Shown: positions 1-9,736, numbered from the stretch's first letter. The stretch: DNA of 64,000 bases from Phycisphaerales bacterium (GCA_044354475.1 JBIKZY010000001.1:10233-74232), one strand, 5' to 3'. Made by a program: numbers and translations. Notes: a model not told the origin generated them from the letters alone.

Positions 1-1
1 G

Positions 2-1270
2 GTTGACTTTCGTGGAACAATCGCGCTTGCGCTCCTGAACACCCAGGGAGAGATTGAAACCGGCTCAACCGTTCCGCCGGAGCAGGCTGAGCGACTGAAA
101 TCAAACCTCGGCAGCATTGCCACAGCGGCGCGCGCCGGCGACCGAGCCATGACTGCGCATGGGACGCATGTCCTGATGGCCACGCCGGCTTCAAACGGTC
201 GCGTGCTCGTGGCGTTGGTCGATGCCCCCGCCATCGTGCAGCCCATCAGCGCTGGAATTGCTCACGACCTTGCGCTGACCGTCAACATCAATGGCCCAGG
301 AAGCGACCGAGTCACCATCGAAAGTTCCGTGCAGGGGGTGGCCATTCTTGACCCTCCACCGGAGTGCACGTTTGGAACCGCTGGACTGTTGTGGACGGTG
401 CAACTTCGCCCAACCAGCGGATGGATTGATAGCCACCATCATCGCGCCAACACCATCATCTTGCTGCTCGGAGCGATTGCTTCGTTCGCGTGCGCCCTTG
501 CCATTCGCTCCATATCCACAGAGCTTGACGCGCGTGCTGCCCGCGAGTTCGCGGATCGTGCGGCACAGGGCGCTTCGGCGCGTGCACGCATCAGCGGACA
601 CGCGCGCGACGCCATTTCTCAAGAAGCGAGCCATGTCATTCGGGCACGCCTTCGTGAGACCGCGCGCGCACTTGATGCGGCCACTGATTCGCGCGGAAGT
701 GATGTCTCACGCGCAGAAGCGCTGCAGCGGATTGGTGCCAGCCTCACTCACGCAGAAACCGAAGTAGCCGCCTTGCTTGAAGCAACGCCGCACACCCGAG
801 TAGCACAAGCTGAACACGCCGCTGAGATTGACCACCATTACGCAGCGGCGGTGCTGGAATTTCCGGGCGGGCCAACGGTTTCGCTCAGCGAGCCCGTCTC
901 CGCCGAAGCCATGGCACAGATCCAGCGTGAACTTGGATCAAGCACATTTGCCGTCATCACCAGCGACAATCCGATGAGTATTCCCGGATCACCGCACGCC
1001 AACATGTTGCGGCGCAGCGTCCTATCACTGGAATTGCGCAATGCGAAGTTGGTGCATCGACCGGTGATCGGGAGAAGTGCTGACGGCAAATGGTCCGAGA
1101 ACGGCTTTGCGATCGCTGCAAGTATTGGAGAAGCGGACGCATTGTCAGAAATTCACGGGCAACGTGCGTACTACTGGTTTAATGGTTCTTATTTTCTGAT
1201 TCACGGCATGACCGCCGATCACGGCGCGATTCGCCTCCCACGCACGCACTCCGCATCGCCCGAGACATGA
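2..1270 (+). CDS. membrane protein with C-terminal DUF3293-like domain (5' end may lie outside the window; first in-window ATG at 149)
   Basis: The frame has no stop from the window edge to 149. It shows one clear TM helix (TIILLLGAIASFACALAI) and an Ala/Arg-rich helical linker. The C-terminal ~110 aa (AVITSDNPMS..GKWSENGFAI..GQRAYYWF) fits the DUF3293 pattern as I recall it. The stop overlaps the next start (ATGA at 1267). Confidence 0.55.
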   Translation, partial: VDFRGTIALALLNTQGEIETGSTVPPEQAERLKSNLGSIATAARAGDRAMTAHGTHVLMATPASNGRVLVALVDAPAIVQPISAGIAHDLALTVNINGPGSDRVTIESSVQGVAILDPPPECTFGTAGLLWTVQLRPTSGWIDSHHHRANTIILLLGAIASFACALAIRSISTELDARAAREFADRAAQGASARARISGHARDAISQEASHVIRARLRETARALDAATDSRGSDVSRAEALQRIGASLTHAETEVAALLEATPHTRVAQAEHAAEIDHHYAAAVLEFPGGPTVSLSEPVSAEAMAQIQRELGSSTFAVITSDNPMSIPGSPHANMLRRSVLSLELRNAKLVHRPVIGRSADGKWSENGFAIAASIGEADALSEIHGQRAYYWFNGSYFLIHGMTADHGAIRLPRTHSASPET

Positions 1271-1896
1271 AGACGGACACCCATGCTGAATCGATCTTGC
1301 ATCAGGTTGCCGCGGGTACGCCCGGCGCCATGGATGCATGCATGGAGAAATTCAGCGGACTGGTGTGGTCGCTGACCCGGCAGCTTTCATTTGCTGGGTC
1401 CGATGCAGATGACGCTGTGCAAGAAATCTTTATCGACATCTGGAAGAGCGCCGTTCGGTTTGACCCGGCGATTGCCAGCGAATCAACGTTTGTTGCGATG
1501 ATTGCTCGACGAAGACTGATCGATCGCGGGCGGCGGCGGCAGCGGCGGCTTGACTCAACTTCATTGCCCGATGCGATGGCGCCGGAGGCAGATCCGACCC
1601 CTGATATGCCAGAGCGAACCGAAGAAGCGAGCCGCGCCACGGTCGCTTTGGGGAAATTGCGACCGGAGCAACAGCGTGTTCTGCAACTTGCCATCTACCA
1701 CGGTTGCTCGCATGAGGAGATTGCGCGCTGCACCGGACTACCACTGGGAACGGTGAAGACACACGCGCGGCGCGGCTTGATTCGGCTGCGTGAAATCTTG
1801 GAGTCCGAAGGCGCACTCCAACCGACTCGCCCGGAGGCCCCGGACGTCGCGAAAGTGGCTGATCAAGCAACTGATCGCCGCAAAAAGCCTCAATAA
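1267..1896 (+). CDS. ECF-type RNA polymerase sigma-70 family factor
   Basis: Region 2 (DAVQEIFIDIWKSAVRFDP) and the region 4 HTH (CSHEEIARCTGLPLGTVKTHARRGLIRLREIL) are present. There is a 4-nt ATGA overlap with the upstream gene. Confidence 0.9.
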   Translation: MKTDTHAESILHQVAAGTPGAMDACMEKFSGLVWSLTRQLSFAGSDADDAVQEIFIDIWKSAVRFDPAIASESTFVAMIARRRLIDRGRRRQRRLDSTSLPDAMAPEADPTPDMPERTEEASRATVALGKLRPEQQRVLQLAIYHGCSHEEIARCTGLPLGTVKTHARRGLIRLREILESEGALQPTRPEAPDVAKVADQATDRRKKPQ

Positions 1897-1962
1897 CTCA
1901 GTAAAGGCATCCCGCCGCGCCCAACGCGCGCTGTCCGCGCGGGTAAAACTTCACCTCTTCAC

Positions 1963-4900
1963 ATGCTGACCTCCTACCTTTCCGCGATCGTCGCGGCCGC
2001 GCTCAGCGCCGGCCCAACCACCACGCCCGATGCCTCCATGCTTCGCTACCCGGATATTGGGCGCGAAGACATCGTCTTTGTCTATGCGGGCAACCTGTGG
2101 CTCGTACCCAAGGCTGGCGGCATGGCGCGCCCGCTGACCAGTGCGGCGGGTGCAGAGGTCATGCCGCGCTTCTCACCGGATGGGAACAAGATTGCGTTCG
2201 TCGGCAACTATGACGGCAACCGTGACATCTACGTGATGCCCACCGTTGGTGGCGCACCGGAACGTGTCACGCACCATCCGACCGCGGAACTGGTGAATGA
2301 ATGGACCGCTGACGGTTCGCTGCTCTTCAGTGCCAGTGGCATGGAGGGCATCGCCCGTGCTGGTCGTTTGTACACGGTGAAGGAAGCCGGCGGACTACCC
2401 GAGGCGTTGCCCGTTCCGTACGGCACCAACGGCACTATCAGTCCCGATGGCGAGTGGTTGGCATACACGCCGCATTCCATCGATGGCCGCACCTGGAAGC
2501 GCTACCGCGGCGGAATGCAAACGGATGTGTGGGTCTACAACCTGCGCAGCAACGAAGCCAAGCGCGTCACTGACTACGAAGGAATCGACACGCTGCCAAT
2601 GTGGGGCGGCACCACGTTGTACTACTTGAGCGACGCCACCACCGACCCCAAGGCACCGCACAAGCTCAACATTTGGTCATGGGATTCCAAGTCCGGCACC
2701 ACCAAGCAAGTCACCTCATTCACCGATGAAGACATCAAGTGGCCAGCGATCGGTGATGGCGAAATTGTCTTCCAAAAGGGCACAAAGTTGATGGTGTTGG
2801 ATCTTGGATCCGGCAGGTCGCGCACGGTGGAAGTGAAGATTCCAGGCGACCGCCCCACCATTCGCACGCGCACTGAAGATGTCAGCGACGAACTGCAAGG
2901 CTCCAGTATCAGCCCAAGTGCCAAGCGCGTGGCAGTCGCTGCGCGCGGCGATATCTGGACCGCTCCTGCAGAGAATGGTGTTCCGCGCAACCTGACCCGC
3001 ACCGACGGTATTGCTGAGCGCACACCAGCATGGAGCCCGGATGGCAAGTGGATTGCTTACTTTGATGACTCCACCGGTGAGTATGAACTGTGGGCGATGC
3101 CTGCTGATGGCAAGGGTGAGAAGAAACAACTCACCAAGGATGGCGGTCCCTTCAAGACCAACATTCAGTGGTTCCCTGATTCCAAGAAACTGATCTATCA
3201 AGACAAGACCGCCACGGCGTACCTGGTGGACTTTGCAAGTGGCGAACGCAAGATGATCGACAAGGAGCCGTGGGACGGCAACCTTGATATCAGTGTCAGT
3301 CACGATGGTGCATTCTTGGCCTACGCAAAGTCACTGCCTGAGCGTCGCACCGCCAGCATTTGGTTGTACGACGTAGCGAAGGGCGAGAGTCACGAAGTCA
3401 CCAGCGGTGAGTTCAATGACAGCAATCCCACCTTCGATCGCGCCGGCGACTGGCTGTACTTCTCCAGCCAACGCGGCTTCGGCAAGGCTGAGTACGGTGA
3501 GTTGGACGAAACCTGGGTCTATCAAGACACCGTTCGCGGCTACGCCGTACCGCTTCGCAAAGACGTCAAGAACCCGTGGCTCCTGGAAATTGATGAGGAG
3601 AAGGGTAAAGACACTAAGAAAGACGACAAGTCCGACGACAAGAAGGACGAGAAGAAGGACGAAGCCAAGCCCGCCGGAGCCGCTGGCGAGGGTGCACCCG
3701 CGGGCGATCGCCCGCGTCGTCGCCGTCCGAGCAGCGATATTCAAGACGAGCCAAAGCCTGCTGATCCAAAGCCCGCTGATCCAAAGCCTGCTGACCCGAA
3801 GCCCGCCGAGCCCAAGCAAGAAGAGAAGCCCGCGACCCCAGCCGCAGCCACGGCACCTGCCGCGACTGGCCCTGCTGGTACTTGGAACTGCACCACCAAG
3901 GACGGCGAAACGGCGTTGACCTTCACGCTGGTAGTGACGCTCGGCGATGCCGGCGCCGCTACCGCCAAGTTCACCTCTGAGAAACAGAACGGCGAACTCG
4001 CCGGGCAGTGGGACGCCGAGGCGAAGAAGCTGACGCTCACCGGAAAGAACGACGCAGGCACCGAGAAGGAGATGTCCTACTGGCTTGAAGCCACCGTCGA
4101 CGGTGACGCCATCACTGGCAACGGCACTGCCACCGGTAAGGACGGCGAGACCAAGTACGCCTTCACCGGCACCCGCGCCACTGACACCAAGAAGGACGAG
4201 AAGAAGCCCGAAGAGAAGAAGCCGATCACGATCGACTTTGATGGCTTTGAATCACGCGTCATTGAGCTGCCACTTGGCACCAGCCGCATCGGCGGTATGG
4301 GAGTCAATGATAAGAACCAACTGATCTTCAGCCAAGGCGGCCAGATCAAGGTGTTCGACATCAAGGACAAGAAGAAGGAAGTCAAGAAAGTTGCCGATGG
4401 CGGCGGCTTCCAACTCACTGCTGATGGCAAGAAGATGCTGATGGGGCTGCAGATTCTGGACGCTTCCGCCGGATCAACCGGCAAGACCATTGTTAGCCAA
4501 CCCATGCTCACGGAAATCAATCCCAAGCGTGAATGGAAGCAAGTGGTCAAGGATGCGTGGCGCATCTTCCGCGACTACTTCTATGACCCGAACATGCACG
4601 GCGTTGATTGGAACGGCATCGGCGAGCGATACTTGGCAATGGTCAATGATGCCAACAGCCGCGAAGATGTCAGTTACATCATCAGCGAGATGATCAGCGA
4701 ACTGAACGTTGGTCATGCCTACTACAACGGGCGTGACGGTGGCGGCGGACCAAGCGTCAGTATCGGAATGCTTGGCGTTGACTGGGAAGTAGCGATCGGA
4801 CCAGACGGCAAGAACGTCTACCGATTCAAGCACTTGGTATCCGGCGCTCCGTGGGATACTGATGCGCGCAATCCATTGCAAGAGCTTGGCATGAATGTCA

Positions 4901-5778
4901 AGGAAGGCGAGTACCTGCTGGCCGTCAATGGTCTGCCTGTCAACGGCGCCAAGGATCCATGGGCTGCATTCGAAGGTCTGAGCGGCAAGACCGTTGCGCT
5001 CACCATTGGAACAAACCCAACGATGGATGACAAGGTGCGCGAAGTAGTCGTCAAGCCAATGGGCGGCGAAGACAATCTGCGCTACCGCGACTGGATTGAA
5101 TCAAACCGCCGCTATGTCTCCGAGAAATCTGGCGGCAAGGTGGGCTACATCTACGTGCCCAATACGGGGCTCGACGGACAGTCTGATCTGGTGCGCCAAT
5201 TCCAAGGCGAGCAATTCAAACAAGCGCTGATCATTGATGATCGTTGGAATGGTGGCGGACAGATTCCATCACGCTTCATTGAAATGCTCAATCGCCCGGT
5301 CACCAACTACTGGGCGCGCCGCGACCAGCACGATTGGATCTGGCCCGGCAGTTCGCACAACGGACCGAAGGCCATGCTCATCAACGGGCTCGCTGGCTCG
5401 GGCGGCGATATGTTCCCGTGGCTCTTCCGGCATGAGAACCTTGGCCCGCTGGTTGGCACCCGCACGTGGGGCGGCCTGGTGGGAATCAGTGGTAATCCTG
5501 GAATGATCGATGGCTCCGGCGTCCGCGTCCCAGTCTTTGCGTTCTATGAGAAGGACGGCACGTGGGGCATCGAAGGCCACGGCGTTGATCCAACCGTCGA
5601 GGTGCTTGATGACCCCGGCGTTATGAAGGGTGGACCGCATTACGGCGGCGTTGACCCGCAGATGGACAAGGCTGTTGAACTGCTGCTTGCTGAGTTGGCG
5701 CGTGCACCGGTCACGCACCCTGCTCGCCCGGCGTATCCGAACCGCTCAGGATTTGGAATCACGCCGGAAGACAAGTAA
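1963..5778 (+). CDS. tricorn-type protease homolog (S41 family) with an enlarged internal insertion
   Basis: The N-terminus (MLRYPDIGREDIVFVYAGNLWLV..SPDGNKIAFVGNYDGNRDIYVM) is typical of tricorn protease beta-propellers. The C-terminal S41-like core is present (VGYIYVPNTG..IIDDRWNGGG..GLAGSGGDMF). The signal-like N-terminus is MLTSYLSAIVAAALSAG. Confidence 0.9.
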   Translation: MLTSYLSAIVAAALSAGPTTTPDASMLRYPDIGREDIVFVYAGNLWLVPKAGGMARPLTSAAGAEVMPRFSPDGNKIAFVGNYDGNRDIYVMPTVGGAPERVTHHPTAELVNEWTADGSLLFSASGMEGIARAGRLYTVKEAGGLPEALPVPYGTNGTISPDGEWLAYTPHSIDGRTWKRYRGGMQTDVWVYNLRSNEAKRVTDYEGIDTLPMWGGTTLYYLSDATTDPKAPHKLNIWSWDSKSGTTKQVTSFTDEDIKWPAIGDGEIVFQKGTKLMVLDLGSGRSRTVEVKIPGDRPTIRTRTEDVSDELQGSSISPSAKRVAVAARGDIWTAPAENGVPRNLTRTDGIAERTPAWSPDGKWIAYFDDSTGEYELWAMPADGKGEKKQLTKDGGPFKTNIQWFPDSKKLIYQDKTATAYLVDFASGERKMIDKEPWDGNLDISVSHDGAFLAYAKSLPERRTASIWLYDVAKGESHEVTSGEFNDSNPTFDRAGDWLYFSSQRGFGKAEYGELDETWVYQDTVRGYAVPLRKDVKNPWLLEIDEEKGKDTKKDDKSDDKKDEKKDEAKPAGAAGEGAPAGDRPRRRRPSSDIQDEPKPADPKPADPKPADPKPAEPKQEEKPATPAAATAPAATGPAGTWNCTTKDGETALTFTLVVTLGDAGAATAKFTSEKQNGELAGQWDAEAKKLTLTGKNDAGTEKEMSYWLEATVDGDAITGNGTATGKDGETKYAFTGTRATDTKKDEKKPEEKKPITIDFDGFESRVIELPLGTSRIGGMGVNDKNQLIFSQGGQIKVFDIKDKKKEVKKVADGGGFQLTADGKKMLMGLQILDASAGSTGKTIVSQPMLTEINPKREWKQVVKDAWRIFRDYFYDPNMHGVDWNGIGERYLAMVNDANSREDVSYIISEMISELNVGHAYYNGRDGGGGPSVSIGMLGVDWEVAIGPDGKNVYRFKHLVSGAPWDTDARNPLQELGMNVKEGEYLLAVNGLPVNGAKDPWAAFEGLSGKTVALTIGTNPTMDDKVREVVVKPMGGEDNLRYRDWIESNRRYVSEKSGGKVGYIYVPNTGLDGQSDLVRQFQGEQFKQALIIDDRWNGGGQIPSRFIEMLNRPVTNYWARRDQHDWIWPGSSHNGPKAMLINGLAGSGGDMFPWLFRHENLGPLVGTRTWGGLVGISGNPGMIDGSGVRVPVFAFYEKDGTWGIEGHGVDPTVEVLDDPGVMKGGPHYGGVDPQMDKAVELLLAELARAPVTHPARPAYPNRSGFGITPEDK
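3751..3819 (+). repeat. 15-bp in-frame tandem repeat (about 4.5 copies) encoding PKPAD repeats inside the tricorn insertion
   Basis: ccaaagcctgctgat / ccaaagcccgctgat / ccaaagcctgctgac / ccgaagcccgccgag / cccaagcaa, read directly. Confidence 0.85.
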
Positions 5779-5795
5779 GCACTTCCATAAACACA

Positions 5796-5833
5796 CAGGT
5801 GGGTACGTGAGCCTTGGCTCGCGTACCCACCTG
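5796..5833. terminator. long hairpin between convergent genes (bidirectional terminator candidate)
   Basis: caggtgggtacg-t-gagcc tt ggctc-g-cgtacccacctg, followed by ttcatttct on the + strand. Confidence 0.6.
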
Positions 5834-5880
5834 TTCATTTCTGCGCTATCACCACAGGCGTCGTCTGCAGTCAACAGCCG

Positions 5881-8358
5881 TCATCGCGGCGTTGCAACGT
5901 GATCGCCGGAGTCGCTGTACTCAGTACCGCGAATGCCCTCGCCTGCCCATCGGTCGTAGGTGCCCCAGCCACCGTGACCTGTAGGAGACGAGTACGGGCC
6001 CGCGTTTGGCCCAAGGTTGTTGCCAATCTGCGTGCCCGAACCCCAGTACGCGCCTGGATTGGCGAACTGCTGTGGCGGGTGGAATCCGTTGGGACGCGCC
6101 AGGGGTGAATACCCCCAGTTTCCGCCAAGGTCGGAGCCCATGCCGTTCCAACTCCGGTACGCCGCAGCGGGGTATCCGTACTCATTGCCCGGACCACGGA
6201 ACGCCGCCGGCGCATCGCCAGCCGCGCCTTGGAACTGCCGATTAATGGCCTGCTGATTCTCAGTTGATGCCTCAGGAGAAGCATCGCGACGCGAGCCTTG
6301 ATTGGCCGCGCTACGGATGCCGGTCTGCCCCGCATTCGCCATGGAGCCGCGCGCCGCTGGCCATGAACGCTTGTCGATCGGCTTATTCCGCTCAGCGTTG
6401 CGCTTGGCTGCATCGGTCAGACCTTGCTTCTGCCAATCCGAGTGATTGTCTGCCCAGCGGTTGTAGTACGGGTGCCACTGATTCATCCACCAGCCCCAGT
6501 GATTCCAACCCCACCAGTTGTTCATGCCGTAGCCCCAACCGACGTTCCAGCCGGAGCACCAACCCCATCCGCCCCAACCGTCGCCAGTGAGGTACATGGG
6601 ATTCACATCCGCGCTTCCGTAGTACGCGTAATCATCGTTCGGATCATCCGGCGGCGAGAACGTGCCGGTCTGCGAGTCATAGGTTGCATCGCTGCCGTAA
6701 GTGGCTGGGTACGCGCGGTACGCGCCGCCCGCAGGCGCTGTGTACACACGACCGGTTCCATACACCGGCGTTCCGTCCATCAAATACGTGCCGAGGTATC
6801 CCGGTGAAAATCCATAGGTCACCGTATCCGGCGTTGCGCCAAAGACCCACACGTAAGTGCACGCATACGCGGGGCACGAAGTTGGGAGCGCATAGATCGC
6901 ACCCGGAACGGTCTCCGCAAGCGCCCACGGTCCGGTGACTGACGGCGCCATGAACCATGCACCGGAATCGCAGCAATAAGCCTTGCCCTCAAAGAGCAAC
7001 ACCGGCTGCGAAGCACCGGGCAACCACTTCACTGGCGAGTCCGCAATGGACGCCCATGCAGTGTTGCCATCCGGCATGCCACCCGCAACGGTGAATTTCG
7101 GCTGCGCGCCAGCACGATTGAGCGTGACGGTGCGAATCTCGCGCGCGGCAAGCGTTGCTTCGTCGGCCTCATCGGTACCGGGGACTGCAGCGCGTGCGCC
7201 GTCGTAACGCTTGGTGTGCGACAGACCAGCAAACTGCGCCGGTACTGCGCCGGGCGACACTGCGCTCCATGCGCCCGTGCCGAGCGAAGTGGTCATAAAC
7301 CATCGCCCTGAAGCCAACAGATAGAACGCATTGCCATCGGTGGTCAGCAGAATGCTGTTAGTGTTCTTGACGCATTGCACGCCGGGACCAGCGTTACCAA
7401 GTACTGGCGCGCCATCCATGGAGACCAACACGGTTGGCTTGGTAGCCACCACCACTGCGGCGGTCTTGAGTGCAGGCGCCTTTACTAGGGGCGGCATCGC
7501 GGAGACAGCCTTGGGTAGCGCAGGTGCCGTACCGAGTGCGGCGACTACATCCGCGGGCGGCGGCGCCGACGCAGCCAGATATCCAGTCTCCATCACCGCG
7601 GACGAAACCCACGCTCCACCAACGCGCGTCCACCACGAGCCGTCCTTTGATTTGAGCAATACCGAAGCGGTGTTCGTCACCATGGTCCAACCGGTGGCAC
7701 CAAGCGGAGCCATCCGCGGTGCGCCATCCACAGCGATAAGCACCGTTGGCTGCTGCGTCAAAGTGATTGCCGGCACTTCGGAAACAACGCCCGGCGTTGA
7801 ACTGCCGCGCGCATTCACAAGCCGCATGTTCTGCAGCAAGATGGGACGAGTGGTGGTCATGGCTACCACATAGAGCGCCTGCGACAGCGCCTTCACATCG
7901 GCATCGGAGGCAGGTTTGCCATCGATCGTGAACGCGCGCACTGCAAACTGATTGATCTCTATTTCGCCGGGAACGTCAGCAGCCATCATCTCCGCCTGCA
8001 ACTGTGCATTGCCAGTCACGGTCTTGCCATCAGCGTCGTCCATGGAAACCTGCGTGACCAAGTACGCACGCGCGCCGTCGATGCCGGTGACACGCGGCTG
8101 AAAGACTCGGTAGGTCTTGCCGTTGGAAGTGATGTCCTGCGGCCAGAGATTGGGGTGCGCGGGCATGGCTGCAGTTTGTGCGGGGGCAGCCCTGTTCCCC
8201 GCCGCAGGCGCGGGGGCGCTCGCCGGAGGCGCGGGATTGCCAACTGCTGGCGCCTGGGTGGGGGCAACGAAGGCGATGGAAAGGCTGACGAGGGTGGCGG
8301 CGATTGTGTGGATCATGTGGATCATGTGGATCATGTTGTTCCGAGAGGCGCGGTGCAT
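5881..8358 (-). CDS. secreted hypothetical protein with repeated GxW modules and a Trp/Gly-rich C-terminal region
   Basis: This is an 825-aa ORF with a signal-like N-terminus (..MIHTIAATLVSLSIAFVAPTQAPA). It carries recurrent modules (SGRWFMTTSLGTGAWSAV, SGAWFMAPSVTGPWALA). A W/G-rich tract is present (GDGWGGWGWCSGWNVGWGYGMNNWWGWNHWGWWMNQW). I do not recognise a named family. Confidence 0.75.
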   Translation of the reverse strand: MHRASRNNMIHMIHMIHTIAATLVSLSIAFVAPTQAPAVGNPAPPASAPAPAAGNRAAPAQTAAMPAHPNLWPQDITSNGKTYRVFQPRVTGIDGARAYLVTQVSMDDADGKTVTGNAQLQAEMMAADVPGEIEINQFAVRAFTIDGKPASDADVKALSQALYVVAMTTTRPILLQNMRLVNARGSSTPGVVSEVPAITLTQQPTVLIAVDGAPRMAPLGATGWTMVTNTASVLLKSKDGSWWTRVGGAWVSSAVMETGYLAASAPPPADVVAALGTAPALPKAVSAMPPLVKAPALKTAAVVVATKPTVLVSMDGAPVLGNAGPGVQCVKNTNSILLTTDGNAFYLLASGRWFMTTSLGTGAWSAVSPGAVPAQFAGLSHTKRYDGARAAVPGTDEADEATLAAREIRTVTLNRAGAQPKFTVAGGMPDGNTAWASIADSPVKWLPGASQPVLLFEGKAYCCDSGAWFMAPSVTGPWALAETVPGAIYALPTSCPAYACTYVWVFGATPDTVTYGFSPGYLGTYLMDGTPVYGTGRVYTAPAGGAYRAYPATYGSDATYDSQTGTFSPPDDPNDDYAYYGSADVNPMYLTGDGWGGWGWCSGWNVGWGYGMNNWWGWNHWGWWMNQWHPYYNRWADNHSDWQKQGLTDAAKRNAERNKPIDKRSWPAARGSMANAGQTGIRSAANQGSRRDASPEASTENQQAINRQFQGAAGDAPAAFRGPGNEYGYPAAAYRSWNGMGSDLGGNWGYSPLARPNGFHPPQQFANPGAYWGSGTQIGNNLGPNAGPYSSPTGHGGWGTYDRWAGEGIRGTEYSDSGDHVATPR
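8308..8334 (-). repeat. 3 x 9-bp perfect tandem repeat (ATGATCCAC on the coding strand) giving three in-frame ATGs (MIH MIH MIH)
   Basis: The + strand reads gtggatcat gtggatcat gtggatcat. Confidence 0.9.
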
Positions 8359-8395
8359 GCGCCGAGCGGGGCAAAGTCTACCCCCAATAACCCGC

Positions 8396-8435
8396 TGAAA
8401 ATAGAACCAAGGCGACCCATACGGATCGCCCTGGT
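8396..8435 (-). terminator. rho-independent terminator, copy 1 of a conserved 3' module of PEP-CTERM family A genes
   Basis: The minus-strand RNA forms ACCAGGGCGAUCC-GUAU-GGGUCGCCUUGGU, a 13-bp stem with 2 G.U pairs, followed by UUCUAUUUUC. The G.U pairs would be C.A mismatches on the other strand. Confidence 0.7.
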
Positions 8436-8466
8436 GTCATTCGAATCTTCAGATCGTCAATACGCT

Positions 8467-9012
8467 TCAGGCGCGTCGATGACGGCTGCAGAAGCCTGCG
8501 AGTCCCAAGAGCGCCATGGCGCCTGGGGCTGGAACTGCGGTCACGCCGAGCAGCGTGATGGTGCCGGACCAGGTGCCGAAGTTGTAATTAGCGCTGTAAC
8601 CGTTACCGATCCAGATGGACTGGGTGGGATTGGCAGCCATGTCGATGCCGGTCGTGAAGTTCACGGTGCCGATTGAGGTGGTGCCGGGAGCGTAGTTATC
8701 GCCGTTCGGCCAGCTGTAGCGCTGGGTTGCTTGCAGGTCCGAGGTGCCGCCACACTGCAGCAGGCCGCCGTCATTGAACGGCGTGGGTGCCACGTAAACG
8801 CACAGGTCTTTGGCGTAGGTGTAATTGGTGGACGCATTCAATGTCACATCGATGGACGCGCCAGTCAGGACGCCGGTGAGGCTGCCTGCGGCATAGACTT
8901 CGTTGAAATCAAATTCACCGAAGGTCGCGTTGGTGAGGGTGTAGGTAATGTCCGCCGATGCGGCTGAAACCAAAGCTGCTGCGGCGATGCCGGAAGCGAT
9001 CAGAGTCTTCAC
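8467..9012 (-). CDS. PEP-CTERM sorting domain protein, family A paralog 1
   Basis: The start is set at GTG (VKTLIASGIAAAALVSAASAD) by alignment with paralogs that start MKTLIASG. The C-terminus is VPAPGAMALLGLAGFCSRHRRA. The conserved core is DLCVYV..GGLLQCGG..WPNG..IGTVNFTTGIDMAANPTQ. Confidence 0.85.
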   Translation of the reverse strand: MKTLIASGIAAAALVSAASADITYTLTNATFGEFDFNEVYAAGSLTGVLTGASIDVTLNASTNYTYAKDLCVYVAPTPFNDGGLLQCGGTSDLQATQRYSWPNGDNYAPGTTSIGTVNFTTGIDMAANPTQSIWIGNGYSANYNFGTWSGTITLLGVTAVPAPGAMALLGLAGFCSRHRRA

Positions 9013-9060
9013 GATGTGTGTCCAATTGTGGGGGAAACGGAAATGGATCGTCAATCCGCT

Positions 9061-9606
9061 TCAGGCGCGTCGACGACGGCTGTAGATGCCTGCGAGTCCC
9101 AAGAGCGCCAATGCTCCCGGAGCTGGAACGGCGGTCACGCCAATCAGCGTGATAGTGCCGGTCCACGTGCCGGAGGTGTTAGAACTAGTTTGACCGTTAC
9201 CGATCCAGACGATCTGGGTGGGATTTGTGGCCATGTTGATGCCGGTCGTGAAGTTCACGGTGCCGATCGAGGTGGTGCCGGGCACGCTGCTTTGGCCGTT
9301 TGGCCAGCGGTAATTCTGGGATGCGCTGAAGTTGTCGAAGCCGCCGCACTGCAGCAGACCGCCAAGATTCAACGGAGGTGCGTCCACGTAAACGCATAGG
9401 TCGCTTGCCCAGCAGGTGGAAGTGGACGCATTCAACGTTACGTTGATGGACGCGCCCGTCAGGGTGCCGGTGAGGGTTCCTGCGGCATAGGCTTGTATGA
9501 AATCAAATCCACCGAAAGTCGCGTTGGTTAAGGTGTAGGTGACGTCCGCTGATGCTGCTGAAACCAAAGCTGCTGCGGCGATGCCGGAAGCGATCAGAGT
9601 CTTCAT
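9061..9606 (-). CDS. PEP-CTERM sorting domain protein, family A paralog 2
   Basis: The signal peptide is MKTLIASGIAAAALVSAASAD and the C-terminus is VPAPGALALLGLAGIYSRRRRA. It lies 48 bp upstream of paralog 1 with no terminator between, so the two are probably co-transcribed. Confidence 0.88.
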   Translation of the reverse strand: MKTLIASGIAAAALVSAASADVTYTLTNATFGGFDFIQAYAAGTLTGTLTGASINVTLNASTSTCWASDLCVYVDAPPLNLGGLLQCGGFDNFSASQNYRWPNGQSSVPGTTSIGTVNFTTGINMATNPTQIVWIGNGQTSSNTSGTWTGTITLIGVTAVPAPGALALLGLAGIYSRRRRA

Positions 9607-9736
9607 AATGTGTGTCCAATTGTGGGAAATAAGGAAATGGATCGTCACAACGAAGATTGCGACACCTATAAAGGCGCAAAGCGGGTCCCGAATCGATCAT
9701 GATTTCCGCGCGACGCCATATTTTTCCGCACCCACT

